This document shows positions 12,778 to 23,965 of a DNA stretch of 64,000 nt, in pieces. How positions within the stretch are numbered: position 1 is the stretch's first letter; each line of letters begins with the position of its first letter. Location of the stretch: the NCBI GenBank assembly GCA_020891255.1, contig BQFW01000002.1, positions 806,001-870,000 on the forward strand, given 5' to 3'. The stretch is from Entomortierella parvispora E1425. Its lineage: Eukaryota; Fungi; Mortierellomycota. Below the pieces are notes generated by a model. That model did not search any database. It saw only the letters and a list, made by a program, of their open reading frames with translations, and had not been told where the DNA came from. The translations under genes and the position numbers were made by a program.

Positions 12778-13655
12778 CGTAGATAAGTTATGAGTGGATA
12801 CGATGGACGTAAAGAGTGGAAGAGAGAGAGAGAGGGGAGGATATGAGAGTCGAGGGGAGAAAGGAATGTGGGTGCTTTAGATCAGGAAGAAAGAGAGGTG
12901 GGTTGACCCAGGTGTGGTATCAAGAAATATTTCAAGGTGAAAGAAAAGCTGCGGTGCCGCCTCTCGTTGTCTATGCGCAATTGCGATTAGTGTATGACGA
13001 AGTGGGTGAAAATAACGGATGTGAAGAAAAAGAAGAGGGGAGGAACGTTGGAGGAGCGAGAGAGAGAGAGAGGAAAAAGAGGGAAAGTCGTCTTTCTTTC
13101 GCTTCTCTCTTATTCTTTGCGACACCAACAAAGGACCTGGTTGAACGTCAGTCAGGCTGACAAGCCAGGTCAGGTCAGGTCGGGTTGGTCCGTCCTGTTT
13201 TCATGCGCCTTTTAGTCAATGTTGCCCGGTTTCAGGATCAATGCCCACTCCCTCCCGTGGAGGGTATCCTGATAGCCCTTCATTCAATATGTGGTCTTTG
13301 TCTGTTGCGCATTGCGAGCTTGCAGTTCAAGCGACACTCTTGAGTCTCATAAATCGTCCGAGAGGTGGACATTCTCTTTTCGAATCAATACCCTTTCAAA
13401 AAAAAAGCACTTTACATACACATCATAACCACACCTGACATGTCTCTGCTGAGGCTGTCATCATAGACACTCGTCAACGGTGCATGTGGACTTCAGGCAT
13501 TTGCCCTTCCCCTATCTTTTTTGCCTCGGACTGTTGATCACACGCGTTGTTTCCACTTTTCGGAGAAACGCCTTCCAGTCAAATGCATCGGACCGTTGTC
13601 AGTTTATTAATAATGTCGCTTTTGAATTATTAGATAGGTGGAGTGGGAAAGGTGG

Positions 13656-16600
13656 CTAATGGATATGGAAGCAATTGTTGCAGCTACCCCGCTTGAACAC
13701 ATTGGCAGAAAAGTCGCTGCATTGGCATTCGCGGCATGGACCCATGTCCGACTGTGTTGGGTCTGCTGCCTGGCTTGAAAAGTAGTCCTTGGGGATATAG
13801 CCCATCATGGATGCGGCTGAAGGCGTAGCTGGCACAGCACTCGGTGGTGGGGATGGTCCGCCAGCCATTGGGATGGGTGGTGAGACAGATGATCCAGAGG
13901 AAAAGACTGCACTATGTCTCATGGACTCTACGGCTGCGCGACGCGTTGGTGGTGGGGGTGGAGGCATTCTCGTGCCAATCGTGGATGTCCTGTTGGCTGG
14001 CGTGACCGTTGACACGGGTCTACTCTGAGTATTTGAAGTCCGTGCAACAGCCGCTGGTGGTGTTGCCAAGTAGGCAGATGGTTGGCGTGTTGGTGGAGGG
14101 GGTGCTCTTCGGAGAACTGGGACAGGCACTGGCTCTTCCTCGGGCTCGTCGTAATGGACAGTTGGTTCCGTCTCCCGCTCGTAATAGGCAGCCTCGTCTT
14201 CGTCCATGTAGCGGCCTGGATCGGATGAGTTAGAATTGATGGACCCCTGTCTGTGCGTGGAGCCACTATCACTCTGGACCTCCTCGCAGTAGTTTGAGGG
14301 GAACATTCCAGTGTGTCGTACTCCATTTCCATCTACAAGCTCCCCCTCCCACCATCCTTCGTCAATCTCCTCAACAATGCGGATGATATCACCCTTTTGA
14401 ATAGAGAGTTCGCCTTCTGCAGTCGCATCAAAGGTGTAGAGCGCTTTGACCTGTTTCTGCTGTCGACCTCGGATTGGAGGGACAGGGGGTGGTGGTGCCA
14501 TGAACCCGTTGGATCTGACACTTCCTCCTCCTCCGCTGTTTTTTCTCGACTGTGCTGCATTCGGTGTCAAATGGGACATTGAGCGAGTCAACTCAGGGTT
14601 CAACTGATGGTTGTTGGGTCGTCGCACATCCACGGCAGAGGGCGCCCTGTCAAGTGGATGTCGTGGTATTGAGTGTGTGCTGGACTGATCATCAGAGTGG
14701 TTTGAATGTTCTTCGTCTGGATCGTAAGAGTTGTGTCTGCTCAGCTTCCGGCCGTTGCCGTTGCCGTTGCCGTTGCCGTTACCATTGCTCCTGCTGGCTC
14801 CGTTGCCATTCCCGTTGCCATTGTACAGAGACATCCGTGATCCATTAGGGGAAGACTGGAACGTGCTCTCTGGGATACCTTCCAAGATTTCGACCATTCT
14901 TCTGGCATAGGCCAATTGAGCGTCATAGTACGACTTTAGACTGGACATGTTGTCATCCTATGTTGAAAGAGTTTCTGAGATTAGTCTCTGTGCAACATTT
15001 TCACCATGCCTATAACTCTGTCTACCCAAACATACCTGGCATTCATTAATAGTGGTCATAATATTTAGGACATTTTCTCTCGTCTCTTCGTACTTGGCTT
15101 TGGCGGCCTGCATCTCCTCTTCCCATTCAGGCTTCTCCTTCTTGGCCTTTTGCACTTTAGCCAGCTTATTGTCGTAATCTTGGCGCCTTGATTGCAGTTT
15201 TTTCTGCATGGCTTGGTACTCTTTCATCTGCGCCTGAGACTTTTCAATGCTATCCAGGTAAGAGCTACCGAACCGCGTAATCTATATAAAAACGGTACCA
15301 GAGAGCACACAGCCAAGCAACCGTCAATGTCACGAACAAGAGGCAAATGCAATTCAAGAGGTAAAAAAAAAAAAAAAGGGCAAGATACAGATGAACATAC
15401 CAATTCTGATTGTGCAGCACCAATGTTTTGATGGACGTCGCCCATCCTTTGCAGGGCCGTTCTGTAAGGAGAGCCCTCACGAATGGTGTAGCTCTGAGCG
15501 GACATGCCCATGCCAAAGGTCTCGATGGCCAATCCCTTGTGCTTGTCGTCGCCCTCGACGCGCTTGCCTAGGAAAGAAAAGAAAGGGAAGGTAATGAAGG
15601 GTGTGAGATACGAGTCAGGTTCGTTGAGAGAGGTGAACCCTGAACCATAAATTGCCTCCCAAAAAAGGCACTCATTGAAACACCCCTGCAGGAACATGGT
15701 GGAAACCAAACGTGGTGTGGCGTAGCGTAGCTCGGACGGTCACTGTTGTCATTTGGAAACAAGACCATCTGTGCACGAGTGAGAGTGTACATGGGGCAGG
15801 GCAGCCCATGGGAACTGACTCACTCGCGCGCAAAAAAAGACTGGAAGGACGGGAAATGAAAAAGAACAACAAGAAAGAACCCAGTGGCCCGGATGCAGTC
15901 GCCCAACTGGACCCGTGAAATAATCAAACTAATTAACCTTTTTTTTTTTCTTTTTTTTGGCTCCCACACCCCACTCTCGAGTCCCAAGGCACGCACTTCT
16001 ACGACGCCACTAAAATAATGCACGGCTCTTGGACCCAACGGCTGACCTCCTTGTCATCCCATCTCTGCTTGGACGATGAACTCGTGCAAAGAGCAAACGA
16101 ACCCACCGGTGCACAAACAGACACAGTACACAGACAAAGAGTTACAAAGGCTGCTCCTTGCCGTGCCCGGCATGGGATAGGCAATCTGGCCAACATTAAC
16201 TGCATTCGCTACATCGGGAAGACAACAATAGAAAGGCTCTTGAAGCATTGCTCTCGCTCTTTTTCCTCGCGCGCGCGCTCTCTCCTCCCTCTTCTCTCTC
16301 TCTCTCTCTCTCGTTCTATTTTCTTTGTTGACCGCATCTCCTCCCAAACAACACGCCCATCTTTTTCATTCTCTGACTTCTCACTCTACTCTAGTGCTTT
16401 AGCCCGGATGTTTCCCTTGCCTTCTCTTGGTCTTCATTGGTACAATTGATCCTGCTCATGCCTATGCCCACGCTCTGGCTCATGCCACGCCGTATTGCTC
16501 TACCCAAATTCCCCTTTCTTTTACTACCTCTCCCAAACATCCGGCACATGCTGATCACAATGAAAGGTAAAAGGTAGTAAGCATGTCCTCCACACGACCC

Positions 16601-17669
16601 CACATCAAGCGGGTGGCAAGGGAAGAGGGGGGTGTGTGTGTGTGTGTGTGTATACATGAAAGCGAAAAAAAGTACAGTGTGGAGGCATGTGGCTGCTGAT
16701 CAGGCCAATCTGCCATAAGCATGAAAAATAAAAAGGACCCTCCGGAGGGGTTCATCCCCCATTGCAATAGACTACCGGTTCTCTATGGCCATCGCACTCT
16801 AGGACATTTTTTGTGCCACGATGGAATTGAATTCTCACAATGAAGAAAGACACTCGCCAAAAATAACGCACTGCCTGTCCGTCGCTCGTTGAATAAGGAG
16901 GCACCCCCAGGCTCTCTCTCTCTCTCTCTCAAAGACAGGAAGAGGTCAACGTGGCGTGGAGTGGGGAAGGTGAAATGAAGGCACAAAGGGGAAATGAGAG
17001 GCCAGACTTACTTATCGCTTTCAGGTAAGCCTGCGAGGCATCGCTCAGTTTCTCGAGCGCAATCCGCTTTGCCTCGGTTTCGTTTGTGAGACTGTGAAAG
17101 TCTTCGTCCATCCTGGACTTTGAGGCCTTGCCCATCCCCGTCCACTACAGGGCAGGCATGATAGAGAAGAAGAATGGAACAGGGCGTTAGTGACGCGACT
17201 TGCGACAAAAGTGGGACGGGAAGTAAAGCATGTGTGTTCAATGGTAACAGAAGAAAGACGGAATGCATGCCACAATGGAGAATGCTGCAAGGAGAGGCTC
17301 CTTCCTAGCAAAGAAGGAATATAAAACAGCCCCGAATGGGTTTTGTTCCTGGAAGGAGGCAAGCGCAAAGTGGGCGCCATGGGCATGGGTCTAAAAAGGA
17401 ACCGATCGGACGAGCTTGCAGCATCCTGCAGGTTGAATGGTGGGAGCTTCCAAAGGACGTGCACGCTTGCTCAGGTAATAAGGTGATACTGGGCAACAAA
17501 GTATGCCCACAAGCAAACAGGCAGGGGCGCATGGTCGGTCGGAGGAAAGAAGGAAAGGAAGGAGTGGGAGGAGAACGACTGAGGTCGAAGGGAAAAGGGT
17601 CGCGTCCTGTGTTTCTTTGTCAACAGCGTGGTCTCGTACCTGCTTGAGCTTGCCAATGTTTTTGATCAT
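13656..17669 (-). CDS. Endophilin-like N-BAR + SH3 protein with a C-terminal Cys/His motif, multi-exon with a ~1.4 kb intron
   Basis: Exon 1 MIKNIGKLKQ, exon 2 WTGMGKASKSRMDEDFHSLTNETEAK, then helical exons (KKLQSRRQDYDNKLAK) consistent with a BAR domain. SH3: QVKALYTFDATAEGELSIQKGDIIRIVEEIDEGWWEG...GMFPSNYC. Proline-rich segments follow. Confidence 0.87.
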
Positions 17670-17911
17670 GTCGGGTTATGCCAATGAGACTGAAGGTAAG
17701 GAGGGAAGGAAGAAATGCAAAGGCGAGGAGAGTAGGTGAATGAGAGGAGGTGGGTGATGTCGTTGGTTATCGGTTGGAGAGAGAACGTAACGTTGAAAGA
17801 GAGGCGGAGCAGTGGCGGGCTGAGGAACGAAGGAATGAAGGTGGGCGATGAAGAGGATGGAGAGTGTGAGAAGGGATGAAGGGAGATGCCGCGCTGGCTT
17901 GCAAGGAAGGG

Positions 17912-17962
17912 AGGAGAAGAAGAAGAAGAAGAAGAAGAAGAAGAAGGAGGAGGAGGAGGAGG
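17912..17962. repeat. (GAA)n/(GGA)n trinucleotide microsatellite within a purine-rich tract
   Basis: ggagaagaagaagaagaagaagaagaagaagaaggaggaggaggagg, read directly. Confidence 0.9.
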
Positions 17963-18466
17963 CGAGAAGAGAAAGAAAGAGAGAAAGAGAGGCAGAAGAA
18001 GGGAAGCAAGGGAAGTGAAGGAAGTGAAGGAAGGGCGGCGAAGAAGACGAGTGAAAGGGACGACAATTTACGCTTCTTGTCGGTGCACCTCCCCTCTCGA
18101 GTGAAGGCAGCTAGCTATGGCCACAGTGAATAGGGAAATGAGTTGAGTACTTTGACCAGCCAGCAGGCGCCAATCAGTCGCAAGGCACCCTTTCTTTGCT
18201 CTCTTCCTCTTCCTCTTTACTTCATCCTCACTTCACTCTCTCTATTCCCCTCTCTGTCTCTCTTCTTGAACTCCTCTCCCTCCTCTCCCTCTGCAGCAGC
18301 GAAAAGGCAAATCCGGATAACCTTTTTTTCTTTTTTTCCGAAGACCGCCTCTTTCTTTCCCACTCGTTCTCTTGCAGTTGATGTGGGGTGGAACGAGATG
18401 CAGACGGGGGACCTTCCTCTTTTTGAACCTCGCCTTTCCCTATTCACTCACCCGCTATGCCCCACG

Positions 18467-18514
18467 GTTGCAAGGTTGCAATGTTGCATGGTTGCAAGGT
18501 TGCAATGTTGCATG
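18467..18514. repeat. Tandem array: 2 x 24 bp, equal to 6 x 8-mer GTTGCA(AG/AT/TG)
   Basis: gttgcaag gttgcaat gttgcatg gttgcaag gttgcaat gttgcatg, read directly. Confidence 0.9.
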
Positions 18515-19375
18515 GTTGGACAAGCCCAGGTTGTTGCCTGGTTTCCCGCTTTCTTTCTCTTGCCTGGCCAACCTGACTCGCACTTGCATTGCGCTTGACA
18601 CAGGGGTCCAAGTCTATCGGTGACTTCAGAAAAAAAAAACAGCGTCATTTGTTTGTGTTGCTTGCTGCTGTCACGCCTCTCCTTGTCTGCCCTTCTCGTC
18701 TGTTCATCCAGGGCGTTTGTCTGCCCACCCTGTCTGCCACTCACCTTGTCCCCTTTGCTCACTCCGTTGCTCCTTTTGACGCTCCTTGTTGTTGTTGCTG
18801 CTGATGTTTGTTGATGTTTTTTTTGGTTGGGTGTTGGGTTGCTGCTTGGTCACCTTGTTGGTTCACATTTGGCCTGACTGCAGGCATGGGTCCATCCTTG
18901 ATGACAACGACATAAAAACCCCTGTCTATTTACGTTCATTCCTCCTTTTCAACTCCTCCCCGCTTATGAACTCACTCACTTTTGACTGACTCAAGCTACA
19001 CACTAGCTGTGGTCATTCATAGATTGGCTCCCCACTAGCTCCTTGCCAAATGAACCTATCGAACCTATATTGCCTCAAACTCTGGCCTGGCTCCCACAGC
19101 ACGAGCCAATTCTTTTAGAGTTGATTTGCAGCAACATAGTGACATGCGTGAAAAAAAGATATGAACATGATGGATAGGCTGCTGATGTATTGCTGCTATG
19201 AAGCTTTTTTTTGTTTTTTTGTGGATTGCTGCTTTGGTCAATCTCTTCCCAATGAATTTCTTCAAGATAATAGTTTTACACGGCGTTCCGGGTCTGGAAC
19301 TGAAAGGGGGGAATGATATGGCTGACGAGTTAAAAAGATAAACGGGATAAAAAAAACATGTCCGCGTCTCTCTGT

Positions 19376-20952
19376 CTAGCATGCACAGGCTCCCTTGTCC
19401 TGCTGACCACCAAGACGTTGACCATTGGCACCGTCGCGTTGAAGATCCACGCGGCCATTGCTGCCATTGATTCCGCCAGCACGTCCACCACGGCTCGATG
19501 ACAAAATGTGCTCCAAGGGAATCTTCTTGGCAATCTCTGTAAACACCTCGGCAACACCAAGTCCATTCTTGGCAGACGTCTCAAAGAACAAGAGACCTGC
19601 CTCCTGTGCGTACGCGCTTGCCTCCTCTGTTGCGACCTGGCGAGTGACAGCATAGTCCTCATCGTCCTCTTCATCATCATCCACAGTGTCATCATCCTCC
19701 TGCTCGTCCTCGTCAGCCTCGCCATCGCCCTGGCGACGACCCTTGCGTCCTGTTGATACCAAATCGACCTTGTTACCAGTCAATGCAATCACAATGTTGG
19801 GGTTTGCCTGGCGCTGAAGTTCCTTGACCCATGATTTGGCCTTTTCGAGAGAGGACTGATGACGGCATTATACAAAGGTAAGAAAGCGAGCCTCTCAAAA
19901 AAGCATTTTGCCTCACTGATAACACCATGACAGGAAATTACAAGGTCAACTTACAGCCTTTGTAACATCGTACACGACAACAGCAGCCTGTGCGTTTCTG
20001 TAGTACATGGGTGCGAGAGAATGGAAACGCTCCTGTCCTGCGGTATCCCAAATCTCAAACTTGATGACCTTGTCTTCCAGACGACATTTTTGAGTCAAGA
20101 ACGCAGCTATGTACAAAAGTGAACAGGGGTGTCCCCCGAAAAAAAAAATTAGCCCTCTGTATCATCCATGCTGCATGCAATCTCGGTATGTAGTTTCAGT
20201 TGTCTCTTCTTTTCATGCAACTAGGAAAAAATCGCTTTGTATCTTGTTCAAAAAAGCCAATAGTGCAGGTGGGGTACTCTACCTCCAATGGTTGGCTCCT
20301 TATTCTCCTGGAATTCGTCGTTGACAAAGCGAAGTACAAGACTCGATTTTCCTACAGCTGCCTCTCCTATAAACATGATTGAAAATCAAAAAAGATCCAC
20401 CAAGGTCAGATGAGGCTGTCAGTGTGTTTTTTCAGGTGGTGTTGCCATCGTGTTCCTTTGTCCTGTGCTCGGTGAATTATTCTTGATGGTCCTTGCTGCT
20501 GGGTCCTCACAATTTCTGTCGCATCCTGATAAAGTGAGTGTCAAGAACGGACTTTGATGTGCGCCTGCCTCCTTTTGGCGTCCACTGGGGCACAGATAGG
20601 GCAAATATTTACGCAGCCCCGTGCTGTAATGGAATCAAAATTCTCTTCTAGGAGGGAAAAACGATATTGACCCGAAGACAAGGGCTGCAGCTCGTCTCCC
20701 AGAAGAAAAAAAAAGCCGCAAAAAGAGTCCATGCTGTGCTGGCTGGTGGTCGAGCTATTTTCTTCCATCAGCTCAAAAAGAAATCCAAGCGGAGAGGGGA
20801 ATCGAGAGTGCTGAGGGGAATGACAAGTGCGGGGTGAGAGGGCAAAACCGCACTGCGCGAGGACGTTTGTTATTACCAAGAAGGACCAGCTTGACCTGCA
20901 CGGCCTTCATGCTGTTGGCAGCTGGGCCTGCGGCATCATTAGCTTGGGACAT
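19376..20952 (-). CDS. VPS21: Rab5-family small GTPase (Vps21/Ypt52-like), multi-exon
   Basis: Exon 1 [26 protein letters not shown], then [57 protein letters not shown] and FETSAK. C-terminal CAC prenylation motif. Confidence 0.92.
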
Positions 20953-21278
20953 GATGTGTGTTTGTTCTTGTTGTTGAATGTATGGGCGGGTGAGCGATAA
21001 GAGTGGGGGGCAAGAAAGAAGGATGATTGCAGGAAAAGAAGCGGGCTGGAAATGAATTCATGCACGAAGTCGACACATGCCAAGTCTCGAATGACTCTAA
21101 GCCCTCTAATTGACGACACCGATCAAACCCTCTTTATCTGCACATGACGACAGGTCACGTGAAATACCCCCCCGCCACCATTTTTTTATTCTTTCGTTCA
21201 AATTGCCTGCACTTGCTTCCTGCAGCAATCCATTCAGCGACAGCGACGCGACCGAGCAGGGACTCTCAGGACATCAAC

Positions 21279-23572
21279 ATGGCTACCAATGGAAACACAA
21301 TGGAGATCGAATCGAGCGAGTAGGTCTTCAGGCGGATCGGTGATTATATCTGCACATGAGCAGATGGCATTGCTAGGTGGGCTGATCACATGTCTGTTAT
21401 TTCTTCCAATAGTGTCATTCGACTCATTCAGCAGTTCCTCAAGGAGAACAACCTGTTGAACTCTCTCGCGGCGCTCCAGGTAAGATGGGTGAACTGTCCA
21501 CCGCCAGAACGAATCAGGGTTGTCTGTGTTTTCAAACATTTAATGGAATTTTATTGCATTTGTATCTTTTGTAGGAGGAAACCACCGTAGCTTTGAACAC
21601 GGTCGACAGCGTGGAGGCATTTTCCACAGAGATCTTGCAAGGACACTGGGACAATGTTCTCAAAACAGTTGCACAACTGAAAATCCCGGACAAAAAACTC
21701 ATGGACTTGTATGAGCAGGTAAGCCCATCCCAAATGACAGAATGGATGCTGACAGAAATCTTTTTCGTAAGTCCACTCACCCTTACCATTCACATATTTT
21801 CTCTTAATTCATTAGATCGTGATTGAGTTGGTAGAGCTTCGGGAACTTGGAACAGCGCGTACACTTTTGCGCCAGACTAATCCAACACAATTGCTGCGGG
21901 ACCAATTCCCAGACCGATACCTTCATTTGGAGCATCTCTTGTCACGGTCACATTTTGATGCCAAGGATGCATACCCCAACGGATTGCCCAAGGAGAAGCG
22001 TCGCCAGATTATTGCACAGGCATTGTCCAGCGAAGTCACCGTCGTAGCACCCTCCAGACTTTTGACTTTGTTGGGCCAGTCGTTGAAGTTTCAAGAACAA
22101 CAAGGAATGCTTCCTCCAGATTCAGCTTACGATTTGTTCAGAGGCACGGTCCCAGTTGTACAGGCAGAGACGGACGATGTTCCTTCAAAATGCTACAATA
22201 CTATCAAGGTAACCGGGCTGGAGATTGAACATTTACTATGAGGATGATCGGTAATCTCGAATCTAACGCAACTTGCACCTCTAGTTCCCAAAGAAGCAGC
22301 ATGCCGAATGCGTTACATTTTCGCCCAATGGACAATATCTTGTTACAGGAAGCATGGATGGATTTATCGAAGTTTGGAATTATTTGACTGCAAAGCTTAG
22401 AAAGGACTTGAAATACCAAGCAGAGGTAAAGTAATGTTTTTTAAAGACCAGAGTCCTTTTCATCAATTGATTCTAAAGTTGCTGTCCTCCGCCCTCTAGG
22501 ATAATCTTATGGCTATGGAATCTGCAGTACTTTGTCTTGGGTTCAGTAAAGACAGTGAAATGTTGGCCTCAGGAGCGCAGGACGGCAGAATCAAGATTTG
22601 GAAGGTCCAAACGGGTCAGTGTCTCCGTCGTTATTCACCGGCTCATCAGGGAGGCGTGACTTCGGTTTGCTTTTCACCAGACGGCACACAAGTCCTCAGT
22701 GCCTCTTTCGATTTGACTGTTCGGTGAGTACCACAATAGTTGTCCGCTGGGCTGTATTCTCGGCAACTCATATTGGAAGGAGGAGTGTATACTCATATTT
22801 TTATTTTTGTTGTCGGTTGTTTTCGCTGTAGCTTGCATGGACTCAAGTCGGGCAAAATGTTGAAAGAGTTTAGAGGACACACCTCCTATGTTAATCATGC
22901 TTCCTTTTCACTGGATGGCTCTCAGATCCTGAGCTCAAGCTCTGACGGCACCGTAAAGGTACGCACGCGATATTCATGTGTCAATGGCCTGTTTTTTTTT
23001 CTTCCTCTTTTTGTTGGAACCGTTGTTATCTCTGTTTGATCTTGTCGATTGACGCGGATCTCTCTTTTCAATAGGTCTGGGACTACAAAACAGCGTCCTG
23101 TCTTCGATCCTTCTCTCCCCATGATGGCACAGGAACAATTGCGGGAGCCGCAGGCTTGACCGTGAACTCTTGTATTCCCTACCCAAAACCCAACCAGATC
23201 CTCGTCTGTATGAAGAGCCCTACTGCGTACCTGCTTACATTGGAGGGCGAACCGATCCGCAAATTCATTTCGCCCGAAAGTGCGACCGAGGGCGCCACCA
23301 AGGACACGTCAACAAGCGCAGAAGGTGGCGTTAAAAAGGATGCACCTGTGAGTCTGACGGATTACGTGGGCTTGAGCCTCTCACCCCAGGCAGAGATCGT
23401 TTACTGTTTAGCAGAGAACAGTCAGGTCCATTGCTTTTATGCAGACACTGGAAAATTGATCAAGTCGATCCCGATTGCAGAGGGAGAGGTCATTGGGATG
23501 GCGTCACATCCCTTGTCGAACGTCTTGGCAGTGAACACTGTGGATGGTCGCGTTCTGCTTTGGAAAGCATAG
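21279..23572 (+). CDS. SMU1: WD40-repeat spliceosomal protein SMU1 (LisH/CTLH + WD40), multi-exon
   Basis: [81 protein letters not shown] and WD repeats ([33 protein letters not shown]). Confidence 0.95.
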
Positions 23573-23965
23573 AATTCTGCTCCATTTTTGTTGATGTGGA
23601 TCCAAGGATATTCTCGACTGCCAATAAAACAATGGAAAAAAAAAAAGATCATCCCATCCCCATCCATGCATGAAAAGATATAATCGATTATCCAACATGT
23701 TAGTCACGACCTTTGCAGGCTTGAAGGCGCTAACAGAGCGGACGTGTCTTTTTAGGTGGGGGACATGAGAAACATTCATGCATTCACCTTTTCCTCCTCC
23801 TCCTCCACGCCTATACATCAGTTTGGTTGAGATATTATATGTGTGTGCTCATTCATTTGCATACTATCATTTATTACTCATTATTGTTCTTTTCTTTTTT
23901 CTGCGAACAAGGGAGAGAGAGAGAGACACACAGAGAGAGAAAAATCGGGGGTATTGGGTGTCTTT

